From Mobula hypostoma (taxonomy: Eukaryota), in assembly GCF_963921235.1 (NCBI RefSeq), contig NC_086097.1:210306001-210370000 (forward strand): DNA of 64,000 nt, given 5' to 3'. This document shows positions 11,130-24,485 of this stretch, in pieces. Positions within the stretch are counted from its first letter, which is position 1. Every line of letters begins with the position of its first letter. Under the pieces are notes generated by a model. That model had not been told where the DNA came from and did no database searches. It saw only the letters and a program-made list of their open reading frames with translations. The position numbers and the translations under genes are program-made.

Positions 11130-14100
11130 TGTGAGTTTGACCATGGTTGATTCTGGCCAGCAGGGGATCCCCGACTGTCATCAAGCTACTGTTCATAAAA
11201 TTTAAGTAACACAAAAGAAAATTATTGCCACTTGGAATGTAAGAACCCTATATCAAGCAGGAAGATTGGACAAGGTGATAAATGAAATGGAAAGACTAAA
11301 GATTAACATCATGGGAATTAGCGAAGTTCGTTGAATAGGTGCTGGAACATGTCAGATTAGAAATAAAACACGAGTTTATTCTTGTGGATCATCCCATACT
11401 AATGGAGTAGGAATTCTTATGGATGAAAACATAGCAAAAAGTGTTTTAGGACTGCAATATCAGAAAGAGTGCCCCTTGTTAGATTCAGAGGACAGCCATT
11501 TGACTTAGCAATTATACAGGTATATGCACCAACAACAGATGGAAAAAATGAGGAGATAGATATATTCTATGGAGAGCTTGAACAAGCAAAGAATGGATGC
11601 AAATCTCAAGATATTGTTCTTGTCATGGGAGATCTAAATGCTAAAGTAGGACAAGGTGCTGATGGAAATACCATAGGAAAGTTTAGACTCGGGGAAAGAA
11701 ATGAACGAGGTGAGAAATTGGTAGAATGGTGCAAGATGAATAATCAGGTCATTATGAACACCTACTTTAAAAACCATCCAAGATGCTTGTGGACCTGGAA
11801 AAGTCCAGGTGATAACACCAGAAATCAAATTTACTTTATTACTATAAATCAAAGATTTAGAAACTCAGTGACTCAATGCAAAACATATCCAGGTGCAGAC
11901 TGTAATAGTGACCATAGCCCAGTAGTATGTCATGTAAAGGAGGACATAAGTAATCTTCCAGAAATAGTAAGGGACAGAGGGTCCAGTGAGATGGAGGAAC
12001 TGAGCGAAATACATGTTAGTAGGGAAGTGGTGTTAGGTAAATTGAAGGGATTGAAGGCAGATAAATCCCCAGGGCCAGATGGTCTGCATCCCAGAGTGCT
12101 TAAGGAAGTGGCCCAAGAAATAGTGGATGCATTAGTGATAATTTTTCAAAACTCGTTAGATTCTGGACTAGTTCCTGAGGATTGGAGGGTGGCTAATGTA
12201 ACCCCACTTTTTAAAAAAGGAGGGAGAGAGAAACCGGGGAATTATAGGCCGGTTAGCCTAACGTCGGTGGTGGGGAAACTGCTGGAGTCAGTTATCAAGG
12301 ATGTGATAACAGCACATTTGGAAAGCGGTGAAATGATCAGACAAAGTCAGCATGGATTTGTGAAAGGAAAATCATGTCTGACGAATCTCATAGAATTTTT
12401 TGAGGATGTAACTAGTAGAGTGGATAGGGGAGAACCAGTGGATGTGGTATATTTGGATTTTCAAAAGGCTTTTGACAAGGTCCCACATAGGAGATTAGTG
12501 TGCAAACTTAAAGCACACGGTATTGGGGGTAAGGTATTGGTGTGGGTGGAGAATTGGTTAGCAGACAGGAAGCAAAGAGTGGGAATAAACGGGACCTTTT
12601 CAGAATGGCAGGCGGTGACTAGTGGGGTACCGCAAGGCTCAGTGCTGGGACCCCAGTTGTTTACAATATATATTAATGACTTGGATGAGGGAATTAAATG
12701 CAGCATCTCCAAGTTTGCGGATGACACGAAGCTGGGTGGCAGTGTTAGCAGTGAGGAGGATGCTAAGAGGATGCAGGGTGACTTGGATAGGTTGGGTGAG
12801 TGGGCAAACTCATGGCAGATGCAATTTAATGTGGATAAATGTGAAGTTATCCACTTTGGTGGCAAAAATAGGAAAACAGATTATTATCTGAATGGTGGCC
12901 GATTAGGAAAAGGGGAGGTGCAACGAGACCTGGGTGTCATTATACACCAGTCATTGAAAGTGGGCATGCAGGTACAGCAGGCGGTGAAAAAGGCGAACGG
13001 TATGCTGGCATTTATAGCGAGAGGATTCGAGTACAGGAGCAGGGAGGTACTACTGCAGTTGTACAAGGCCTTGGTGAGACCACACCTGGAGTATTGTGTG
13101 CAGTTTTGGTCCCCTAATCTGAGGAAAAACATCTTTGCCATAGAGGGAGTACAAAGAAGGTTCACCAGATTGATTCCTGGGATGGCAGGTCTTTCATATG
13201 AAGAAAGACTGGATGAACTGGGCTTGTACTCGTTGGAATTTAGAAGATTGAGGGGGGATCTGATTGAAACGTATAAGATCCTAAAGGGATTGGACAGGCT
13301 AGATGCAGGAAGATTGTTCCCGATGTTGGGGAGGTCTAGAACGAGGGGTCACAGTTTGAGGATAGAGGGGAAGCCTTTTAGGACCGAGGTTAGGAAAAAC
13401 TTCTTCACACAGAGAGTGGTGAATCTGTGGAATTCTCTGCCACAGCAAACTGTTGAGGCCAGTTCATTAGCTATGTTTAAAAGGAAGTTAGATATGGCCC
13501 TTGTGGCTACAGGGGTCAGGGGGTATGGAGGGAAGGCTGGGTTCTGAGTTGGATGATCAGCCATGATCATAATAAATGGCGGTGCAGGCTCGAAGGGCCG
13601 AATGGCCTACTCCTGCACCTATTTTCTATGTTTCTATGTTTCTATGTTTCTAAAAGTAAAACTTAAAAAACTAAAGAAGCAAAAACCTGAACAATCCCTT
13701 GACTACTTGCAATTAATTAAAGGAGAAAATTTAAGACAAAAATTTACAATTGAAGTAAGGAACAGATTTCAAAGTCTAGAAATAGAATCTGTTGAAGATG
13801 ATAGCAATCATGTAGAAATGAAATTTAACTCTCTAAAGGATGCCTTGGTAGAATCAGAAAAGTCAGTGATTTCTAAAAAAGAAAAAAGCACAAAGAATAA
13901 ATGGATGACAGATGAAATCAAAAATCTAATGGAAGAAAGGAGACGGAAGAAAGCAAATCCTATAGAATATAAGTCCTTAGATAAAAAAGTTAAAAGCTTA
14001 TGTCAAAAAGCCAAAGAAGAATGGTTAAACCAGGAATGTGAGCAAATAGAAAGAATCCCTATTACTGATCCAAAATGGTTGCATCAACAAATCAAGATTG

Positions 14101-15760
14101 CCACTGGTAAAAAGCTCCTCTGTTCTTCAAGTGGATGTTTCAAAGCAAAGGATGGCACCATTATCATGGAAAAAGATGAGATTATGAACAGATAGACTGA
14201 GGATATTCAGGAATTGTTTGAAGACGATCAAGGCGAAAAACCAGAAATTAAGAAGAACATTGAAGGTCCAAGTATTTTAAAATCTGAAGTTCGTAATGCA
14301 ATAAATAAGATGAAGAAAGGAAAGGCAGCAGGTCCTGATGAATTAGTAATAGAACAAATTATCACCCTTGAAGATTATGGAATTGAAAAACTTACTGATT
14401 TAATCAATGACATTTATGAGACTGGAATCAGTATTTATCACTCTTCCTAAGAAACCTGGAGCAATAGAATGTGAATTACATAGGACCATAAGTTTATTGA
14501 GTCATATCACCAAGATACTTCTAAGAATTTTGATGATGAGCTAAGAGTAAGATACAAGCTGAAATAGGCAAAGAACAATGTGGTTTTGTGAAAGACAAAG
14601 GTACAAGAAACACAATATTGATGTTAAGGATACTATCAGAACGAGCTATTCAAGTGCAAAAAGATTTGTTTGTTTTATCAACTACACAAAAGCATTTGAT
14701 AAAGTGAAGCACAATAATTTATTTGAAATATTACAGAAAACTCTAGATCTAGATTTGAAAGACCTCCGCCTAATCAGAAATCTGTACTGAGAACAAACTG
14801 CCGCTGTAAGAATAGATGGAGAAGTGAGTCAGTTTACAAAACTCAAGAAAGGCATTAGACAAGGGTGTTTTCTCCTGATTTATTTAATGTGTACAGTGAA
14901 ACAATATTACAAAAAATAAGAGACATCTTGGAAATCAAAGTTGGCAGTGAAAACATCAATAATTTCAGATATGCAGATAACACTGTGTTAATTGCAAGTA
15001 CGGAGGAAGAACTACAAAACATGATTGATATAATGGTTGAAGAAAGTTCAAAAATGGGTCTATCTATCAATTGCAAAAAGACAGAATGTATGGTGATATC
15101 CAAAAAGAAGGAGAATCTTATCTGCAGGCTGAGAATAAATGGGGAAGACATGAAACAAGTACAGAACTTTTGCTACTTAGGAAGCTGGGTGACATCAGAT
15201 GGCAGGTGCGACTCGGACATCAAAAGAAGAATAGGGATGGCAAACGACACCTTTACCAGAATGAAGAGTATACTGACCAATACTAAACTAGGCATGACAA
15301 CCTGCCACAGAATACTGAAATGTTACGTTTATCCAGTTATGTTATATGGCTCAGAATGTTGGACAATATCTAGTAACATGAGGAAACGAATTGTAGCAGC
15401 AGAGATGTGGTTTTTGAGGAGGATGCAAAGAATATCATGGATGAAACGAATATCTAACGAGGATGTCATGAACAGAGCAAACACCAAAAGAGAAATAATG
15501 TATGAGATCATGAAAAGGCAACGCAACTTCATTGGACATGTGATTAGGAAAGAGGAGTTAGAATGCACGTTAATTATGGGAAAGATTGAAGGGAAGAAAG
15601 CAAGAGGAAGACAAAGACAAATGATGATGGGGACAGCAGTCAGAGAACTGGAAATGAATACCAATGAATTGATCCACTTGACCCGAAACAGGAGTGTCGG
15701 GGCCATGGCAGTCAAAGCTCAAACTGGGCACAGCACCTGATGATGATGATAATGATGATG
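11130..15760 (+). mobile_element. RTE-clade LINE (endonuclease + RT, inactivated), split by a CR1 insertion
   Basis: IATWNVRTL, QVYAPT, GDLNAKVG and SDH endonuclease motifs; RT with FRYADN; (TGA)n tail 15738-15761; 11-bp TSD AATGTACTGCT at 11119-11129 and 15761-15771. Confidence 0.92.
11939..13650 (+). mobile_element. 5'-truncated young CR1 LINE (uninterrupted RT frame) nested in the RTE
   Basis: KSPGPDG, NYRPVSLTS, YLDFQKAFDKV, GVPQGSVLGP and KFADDTK with no stop until 13547; (TTTCTATG)n tail 13623-13650; TAAA on both sides (11935-11938, 13651-13654). Confidence 0.95.
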
Positions 15761-15879
15761 AATGTACTGCTACTGCAAAACAACATATGGTGGTGATATT
15801 AAACCTGCTTCTGCTTATAATGTGCACCATTAAAATTTTCCACTAGTATTTGTGGATTAGACCACAAATACCAGTGGAA

Positions 15880-18800
15880 TAATAGTCATGATACATGTTG
15901 GCATTGACATTTGACACAATGACACTGGCAGGAAAAGGGATGAGGTCCTGAAGTGTGAGTTTCAGGAACTGGGCAGAAAGCTGAAGAACAGGACCTCAAA
16001 GGTGGCGTTCTCAGGATTGCTGCCAGTGCTACGTGATAGTGATGGTAAGAATTGGAGGAGATGGCAGTTGTACGCGTGGCTGAGGAGTTGGTGCAGGGAG
16101 CAGGATTTTAGATTTTTGGATCATTAGGATCTCTTCTGGGGAAGGTGGGACCTGTACAGATTGGATGGGTTGCACCTGAACTCGAGGGGGAGCAATATCC
16201 TTGCAGGTAGGTTTGCTAGCATGGTTCGGGAGGGTTTAAACTAATTTGCATGGGATCCAGAGTGACAGAGCAGTGAAAGAAGTGCATGGAGTAAAGCCAG
16301 ATCTAACATATAGACAGGCTTTGAGGAAAGAGAAGCAGAATAAACGGTGTAAAGGTAGTAAGGTAGAAGGGCTAAAGTGCATGTACTTCAATGCAAGAAG
16401 CATCAGGAACAAAGGTGATGAACTGAGAGCTTGGATACGTACATGGAATTATGATGTAGTGGCCATTACAGAGACTTGGCTGGCACCAGGGCAGGAATGG
16501 ATTCTCAATTTTCCTGGATTTCAGTGCTTTAAAAAGGATAGAGGGGGGGGGGGAGGGGAGGAGGGGTGTTATTACTGGTCAGGGATACTATTACAACTAC
16601 AGAAAGGGTGGGTAATGTAGGAGGATCCTCTTTTGAGTCAGTACGGGTGGAAGTCAGGAACAGGAGAGGACCAGTTACACTATTGGGAGTATTCTATAGG
16701 CCCCCTGGTAGCAGCAGAGATACCGAGGAGCAGATTGGGAGGCAGATTTTGGAAAGGTGCAAAAATAACAGGGTTGTTATCATGGGTGACTTTAACTTCC
16801 CTAATATTGACTGGCACCTGATTAGCTCCAAGGGTTTGAATGGGGCAGAGTTTGTTAAGTGTGTCCAGGATGGATTCCTGTCACAGTATGTTGACAGGCC
16901 GATTAGGGGGAATGCTATACTAGATCTAGTATTAGGTAACGAAACAGGTCAGGTCACAGATCTCTCAGTGGGTGAGTATCTGGGGGACAGTGACCACCAC
17001 TCCCTGGCCTTCAGCATTATCATGGAAAAGGATACAATCAGAGGACAGGAAAATTTTTAATTGGGGAAGGGCAAATTATAAGGCTATAAGGCTAGAACTT
17101 GCGGGTGTGAATTGGGATGATGTTTTTGCAGGGAAATGTACTAGGGACATGTGGTCGATGTTTAGAGATCTTTTGCAGGATGTTAGGGATAAATTTGTCC
17201 CGGTGAGGAAGATAAAGAATGGTAGGGTGAAGGAACCATGGGTGACAAGTGAGGTGGAAAATCTAGTCATGTGGAAAAAGGGAGCAAGGATCAGATGGGT
17301 CTATTGACGAATATAGGGTAGCAAGAAAGGAGCTTAAGAAAGGGTTGAGAAGAGCAAGAAGGGGGCATGAGAAGGCCTTGGCAAGTAGGGGAAAGGAAAA
17401 CCCCAAGGTATTCTTCAATTATGTGAAGAGCAAAAGGATGACAGGAGTGAAGGTAGGACTGATTAGAGATAAAGGTGGGAAGATGTGCCTGGAGGCTGTG
17501 GAAATGAGCGAGGTCCTCAATGAATACTTCTCTTCGGTATTCACCAATGAGAGGGAACTTAATGACGGTGAGGACAATATGAGTGAGGTTGATGTTGTGG
17601 AGCATGTTGATATTAAGGCAGAGGAGATGTTGGAGTTGTTAAAATACATTAGGACAGATAAGTCCCCGGGGCCTGATGGAATATTCCCCAGGCTGCTCCA
17701 CGAGGCGAGAGAAGAGATTGCTGAGCTTCTGGCTAGGATCTTTATGTCCTCATTGTCTACGGGAATGGCACCGGAGGATTGGAGGGAGGCGAATATTGTC
17801 CTCTGGTTTAAAAAAGGTAGTAGGGATAGTCCGGGTAATTATAGACCAGTGAGCCTTACGTCTGTGGTGGGAAAGCTGTTGGAAAAGATTCTTAGAGATA
17901 GGATCTATAGGCATTTAGAGAATCATGGTCTGATCAGGGTCAGTCAGCATGGCTTTGTGAAGGGCAGATCGTGTCTAACAAGCCTGATAGAGTTCTTTGA
18001 GGAGGTGACCAGGCATATAGATGAGGGTAGTGCAGTGGATGTGATCTATATGGATTTTAGTAAGGCATCTGACAAGGTTCCACATGGTAGGCTTATTCAG
18101 AAAGTCAGAAGGCATGGGATCCAAGGAAGTTTGGCCAGGTGGATTCAGAATTGGCTTGCCTGCAGAAGGCAGAAGGTCGTGGTAGAGGGAGTACATTCAG
18201 ATTGGAGGGTTGTGTCTAGTGGTGTCCCACAAGGAGCAGTTCCGAGACCTTTACTTTTCGTGATTTTTATCAATGACCTGGATGTGGGTGTAGAAGGGTG
18301 GGTTGGCAAGTTTGCAGACGACACAAAGGTTGGTGGTGTTGTAGATACTGTAGAGGATTGTCAAAGATTGCAGAGAGACATTGATAGGTTGCAGAAGTGG
18401 GCTGAGAAGTGGCAGCTAGAGCTCAACCCAGAGAAGTGTGAGGTGGTACACTTTGGAAGGATAAACTCCAAGGCAGAGTACAAAGTAAATGGCAGAATAC
18501 TTGGTAGTGTGGAGGAGCAGAGGGATCTGAGGGTACATGTCCACATATCCCTGGAAGTTGCCTCACAGGTAGCTAGGGTAGTTAAGAAAACTTTTGGGGT
18601 GTTAGCTTTCATAAGTCCGGGGATAGAGTTTAAGAGTCACGATGTAATGATGCAGCTCTATAAAACTCTGGTTAGGCCACACTTGGAGTACTGTGTCCAC
18701 TTCTGGTCACCTCACTATAGGAAGGATGTGGAAGCATTGGAAAGGGTACAGAGGAGATTTACCAGGATGCTGCCTGATTTAGAGAGTATGGATTATGATC

Positions 18801-19198
18801 AGAGATTAGGGGAGCTAGGGCTTTACTCTTTGGAGAGAAGGAGGATGAGAGGAGACATGATAGAGGTATACAAGATATTAAGAGGAATAGATAGAGTGGA
18901 TAGCCAGTGCCTCTTCCCCAGGGCACCACTGCTCAATACAAGAGCACATGGCTTTAATGTAAGGGGTGGGAAGCTCAAGGGGGATATTAGAGGAAGGTTT
19001 TTTACTCAGAGAGTGGTTGGTGCGTGGAATGTACTGCCTGAGTTAGTGGTGGAGGCAGACACACTAGTAAAATTTAAGAGACTACTAGACGGGAATATGG
19101 AGGAATTTAAGGTGGGGGGTTATATGGGAGGCAGGGTTTGAGGGTTGGCACAACAATGTGGGCCGAAGGGCCTGTAATGTGCTGTACTATTCTATTCT
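15880..19198 (+). mobile_element. Near full-length CR1 LINE (ORF1 esterase-like end, endonuclease, RT)
   Basis: ORF1 fragment ...DGLHLNSRGSNILAGRF; endonuclease YFNARSIRNK, ITETWL, GDFNFP, SDH (frameshifted at the G-run ~16543-16566 and near 17050); 598-codon RT ORF 17345-19141; CTATT tail. Confidence 0.93.
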
Positions 19199-19204
19199 CT
19201 TTCA

Positions 19205-19460
19205 TTACCACATGGTGAAGCTAGAACGGCCACTGCCTGACAGTGCCAGAGCTCAGAGTTCCATCCTGACCGTGGGTGTTTTTTTTTGCATATTCTCCCT
19301 GTAATTGCATGGGTTTTTTCCAGCTACCCTGGTTTCTTCCCACATCCCAGAGATGTAGCTGTGTTGGTGAGTGGTAGAAATTTTAAGGGCAGGGTTGATG
19401 TAAATGATTGGCATGAACTTGGCGGGTCAAGGAGCCCGTTTCTATACTGTATTCTAAATT
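19205..19460 (+). mobile_element. Degraded V-SINE/HE1-like SINE
   Basis: TGCATATTCTCCCTGT...GGGTTTT...GGTTTCTTCCCACATCCCAGAGATGT resembles the V-SINE central domain. A similar copy lies at ~27640-27900. Confidence 0.5.
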
Positions 19461-22400
19461 GGGGAATGGGTTAAAACTGCACTATGAACCTAAGCCAAAT
19501 TTCAGTGGCTATGAAATTAACAATGTACAACATATGTACTTTAATAAATTCTTTAAGTCACAGTAGTTCGATTGTTTTGTAACCAACGTTCTCATTACTT
19601 GACACTAACTCGATCAATTTACCATGCAAGCTTTCTATGTTTTTAATGACCTGGTATAACGGAGTATTCAAAACTGCAGAATGCTTTTGTCTGCTCAAAT
19701 TCATTACCACCAACAAATCAAAATTCCACACTAAATGGTTTTATCGATGTGTGCTACAAAACTAACCATCTCGACATACAAAAGGCTATGTGCGTATTTG
19801 GAAAGCTGGATGGTTAGGCATCTGGCTCAACAGGTAATATTTCCTGCACTTTCTTCAGTTTTACTGAGGCTCACGTTTGTCCAATGCTCGATGTCTTTAC
19901 ATCCACACCCCCATCCTCGGCCTGAAACTCACCAGGCCCCTGTTTCTTGCACCCCTGCAAATCACCAGGTATCCAGTTCCCCTGATCCCCTGAATCTTAA
20001 CAACTGTACTGAACAATTGATTATATTACTGTGTAACATCTTGTAGAAAAAACAAAATCTTTACTGTGGAATTAACATCATTATTATCCCATACTACAGA
20101 AAATCTGCCAGTCCAGCATCACTGTAATCGAGTTTGACTCGAATGGCAAAACATAATTACTTTGTAGCAACAAAAAAAGCATATATGTGTTTTCTTTTCC
20201 CTTTCATTTTTAGAGTCAAGAGGAGAAAAAAGATGTAGAAGAAAACATTTACCTGCTCAGATTCTTCTTCTGAGTTCTACTCACTGCAGGAAAATGTTAA
20301 TTCCCACATTGCTGAAATGTTTTTCTATTAAAAAGAAATTGGGTGTGGAGATAATATTTATGGACGATTTCTTTAGTTCTTGCAAGTCAGTAAAAAGAAA
20401 GAATTTTGTGACAATGATGGTATCGCATCTCAGAAATAGGCCAAAGAAATTATTTTATATATCTTTTATTTATGTCAATTCTGCACAATATTTTGTAGGC
20501 AGTCTGGCAGCCCTTTTTCAAGAGCTGGCAAATGTTGGTGCTGAAGATGTTTCAGATAACATAATCTTGAATTAATCAGGATAATTTAAATATTTTATTT
20601 CATTTCTGCAAAATGAGGGCATTGCTGGTGAGTGCAACATTTATTACTCACCCTTAATCTCCTTCAAAGTGGCAGTGAGCACTTCCTTGGAGGAAGGTAC
20701 TTCAGTGTTGTTGGTTAGGGACTTTCAGGATTTAGATTCAGTGTTAGTGAAGAAACAATGATTTTTTTCCAAGTAGGGATGGTGTGCAGCATAGAAAGGA
20801 ACTTAGAATGGTGATATTCTCAGGCATCTACCTGCCATGGTCTTCTTACAACAATCCCCAGATCATTAAGGGTGATGGTGAAACGACACAACGCTATTGT
20901 CTATCAGTGCCTATATTGATGCCAAATGTCGTTCAGTTTTAATGTAGTGTTTCTAAAAGAACCGAATGGCTTGTCAGACTATCTTAGAGGGCAATTTAGT
21001 CACTGGTGGATTCATTAGCTAGTAATGAACTCACATGTGGCAGAACATAAACCATCAATTTCTTTCACTGATAAAATCTGGTCAACATTACATAAATAAT
21101 TTTTTTTTCTGAAGTCTGGATTACTTAAATTCCCAAACAACCACAGCGGACTGCTGCAACATTCATGGACTCAGGAACTTGTACTATACTTTTGTATATG
21201 ACTATATTTTACTGCGATGTTTTATGTGCTATATGTGCCTTGGGCAGTGTGTGACTGTTAGTACTGTGTTTTGCACCTTGGTCTCATAGTAATGCTGTTT
21301 CATTTGGTTGTATTCACGTGTATTTGTGTTGAACAATAATTAAACTTGCAGAATTTGAATACACTGTCTGTTGGTCATATTCAAATTATCTGTCCAAAAC
21401 TCTTGATTACCAGTGTCCAGTATTTTAATCTTTGTGTCATGGCTCCCCCCCCCCCCGCCCCACACACACACACAAACATTGTTTATTCGTGTTTACTTTA
21501 AAACTGGCTAGTTGTCAAAGCATTTCTGTGGATGCCGTAAACTAGAAAGCATTGATAAAGAAGTCTCCAAGAACTTTGTTGCCTCTAAGTTCTTGTACTG
21601 AGGTGAACATGTTCCAAAATACAGTGAACTCTACCATCCTGTGGACCTTACATGGCTATTTGTTTCACTATACCTGTATCACAATATGTAATTACTAATA
21701 GCAAATTAAAGCTTTATATACCTTTGTGTTTTCTTTAAGTATATACTGTTTAAGAAAGAATTATTTGGTGTTAAAATTTGTATTCAAACATTCATAACAT
21801 TAACAAAAACCAGCATTTATTAGTCTTTTCAAAGAAATATCAAGACAGAATAACAAAAACAGCGTAATTTGTCCACCTGAAAGAATAAAAGACAAGGACT
21901 TTCATCTCACTGTGACACAGACACCTCTTTTGCACTCAATTACATTTACTCATCTCCTCTACTCTTTCCTTATAACGCTGTAATCATTTTCAAAATGTTA
22001 CCACTACACGTTTCTGCCACTATTTCGGACCTTGCATGGCTACTTGCAACAGCTTTCTTAAAAGTTGCATGTTCTTTCAACATTACTACCAGAAACATAA
22101 ATCACAATCAGTCATACTACACACTCAATTTCTGCACACGAACAGCTCCATTCACGTTTTTTTTTTGGTGAACTCAAAGTCTCATCTTTACTAAAGAGCA
22201 GTGTGCACAAATGATCAAAATATTCCTCCCAAGACCCACATTTGACACAACTTCCTAACCTTTGTCCTGAATTATATGGGAACAACTACAAATATCCCAT
22301 TACTTTAACAGTCATCAAGTTGTCCTGCCAGCTACAAGAACTTGTGTACAGACACTTCCAGTCTCTGGTCCTTCACAAATTTTAATGCTGTACCATCTGG

Positions 22401-23084
22401 ATCAAATTTCCATGCCTCTGCTGCATCCTTTCGACAAAGGTTTATGATTTCACATTCCAAAACCCTTTACAGTAGGACCAAAAGGAAAGCACATGGCCCT
22501 TGCATCAACATTAAATGAGATGTCAGACCAGAGACTTGGGTGTATGTGTACAGTACATGCACTCTTGAATTTGCCAGAATAATTTATGTACAACTTTATG
22601 TACAATCTCCATTCTCCCAAATCCATCTATAAACCCCTCTTGTTCCCCAAGTCCCCCAAAACTCTATTGCTTTCATTCTATATGTATTGTAAGATGCATT
22701 TGTCACTCTGGGGGTAAATGCTAGGTTACTTGAGCTTTGTATAATCTTCAAATTTAAACTAAGTTCTGTACACTCAAAGCAACAATAATTTGCAATGCTC
22801 AGAAGCCTATTTTAATAATAAGAACCTACAAATAAGGATCAGGAGTAGGCCATTCAATACGTTCTTGGTACCATAGACTCCTCTAAAATGGAATAAATAT
22901 GAAATGTTTACTCTTCACTTTCTGTCCCTTGAATAATTCCAATGAGACTACATGCCTACTTTTCGAAATGATTTTTCCAATAGGCAACACATTTCATTCA
23001 TATTGTCCGCTCCTCTTTGACCCCCGATTTGGCACTCTCTTCAACTATTCATGTGTTTTCTGGTTAGCTAGATGTAATTAGTGA

Positions 23085-23410
23085 GCTACAGGAACTAGTG
23101 CTGGGACCTCAATTTAGAAAAAATAAAGAGTTTGCATCAATGACTTGGATGAAAGGAGCTGAAGGCATAGTTACTGCATTTATTGATATTTTGTAAACAG
23201 CAAGGTGTGAAAAATACAGAGAGGAGGATACAAGATGTGTGGGTACAGATCAAGCAAATGTGGGAAAATATGGTCCATTCTGACAGTGAAATGTCAAAAG
23301 GAACAGCATTTTATCTAAATGTTAAGATTTTGCAGAAATTTGAGTTGTGGAAGGATCTGGATAATAGGTCCATGATATGCAAAAGGTTACTGTGGCAGCA
23401 TATCAAGTGA
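23085..23410 (+). mobile_element. Highly degraded CR1 RT fragment
   Basis: Remnants GTGCTGGGACCTCAA and ATCAATGACTTGGATGAA. Confidence 0.55.
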
Positions 23411-23419
23411 AATTTACTG

Positions 23420-24485
23420 TCATTAACTACATGCATGTATATAACTTATATAATGTATATAGAAACAAGACAACTTTTCTCCGAACCAAGGTGTAAAGTG
23501 CAGTAGTACACATAACACACAATAACTTATCAAGGCAAGAATAAAATCTACAGCTGAATAACAAACAGAAGTGCGTTAATGTTAAGTATTGTAAGGTACG
23601 ATACAGATTACCCAGTGACATTTTGAATGCTTTCAGGTAGGAAGTTCAGAATCCTAATGGCCTGGGGGAAGAAACTGTTTCTCATCCTGACCGTTCTTGC
23701 GTTTATGCATCGTACTCTCCTGCCTGATGGTAGGAAAGTCAAAGAGGATGCTCGATGGATGGGTGGGATGCTTAATAATACTAAGGGCCCTACATATGCA
23801 GCACTCCTGATAAACGTCACTGATGGATGGTAGGGAGACCCCTATGACCCTCTCAGCTATTCTCACTGTCCTTTGTAGGAACTTCTGCTCCGATGCTCGA
23901 CTGCTCTCATAGTAGATAAGAGATGCAACTTGTCAGGACACTCAGTGGTGCTCCTGTAAAATGCAGATAAGATAGGGGTGGGGGGCAGAGGAAGAGAAGA
24001 CTTGCTTGCCTCTATCTTCATAGAAAGTGGAGGTGCTGCTGTGCCTTCTTGTTTAGGGTGGTGCTACTAGATTATGTCATCCCTGACATGAACTCCCTCT
24101 ATAGAGGAGCCATGTATTCACAGAGGTAGATCATTCTTGATAAGGCCAACACTGTTGTGTCATCTGCAGACTTGATGACATGGTTTGAGCTGGATCCTGT
24201 GACACAGTTAAATGTCAGCAGTGTGAATAGTGGCAGGGTGAGCGTGCAGTCTTGGGGGAGCACCAGTGCTTAGCGTAATGGGACGAGAGATGCTGCTGAA
24301 GTCTATAAACAGCAGTCTGATGTACGAGACCCCATTTTCCAGGTGGGACAGGACAGAGTGGAAGGCAGAGGCTATTACGTTGTATTTGAGTGATAATCGA
24401 ACTGGAAAGGGGCCAATGTAGCCATGAGAAAGGCTTTAATGTACTCCATGACGAGCCGCTCAAAGCATTTCATAGTCATTTAGGC
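23420..24485 (-). mobile_element. Rex1/Babar-like LINE 3' fragment
   Basis: Minus-strand LPSGRRVRCINARTVRMRNSFFPQAIRILN and AERVIGVSLPSI motifs. Confidence 0.75.

Noticed and set aside
17345..19141. 598-aa RT ORF as a host gene or prokaryotic retron/defence RT
   Set aside because: It is CR1 ORF2 with flanking endonuclease, ORF1 and 3' tail. The context is a vertebrate intron.
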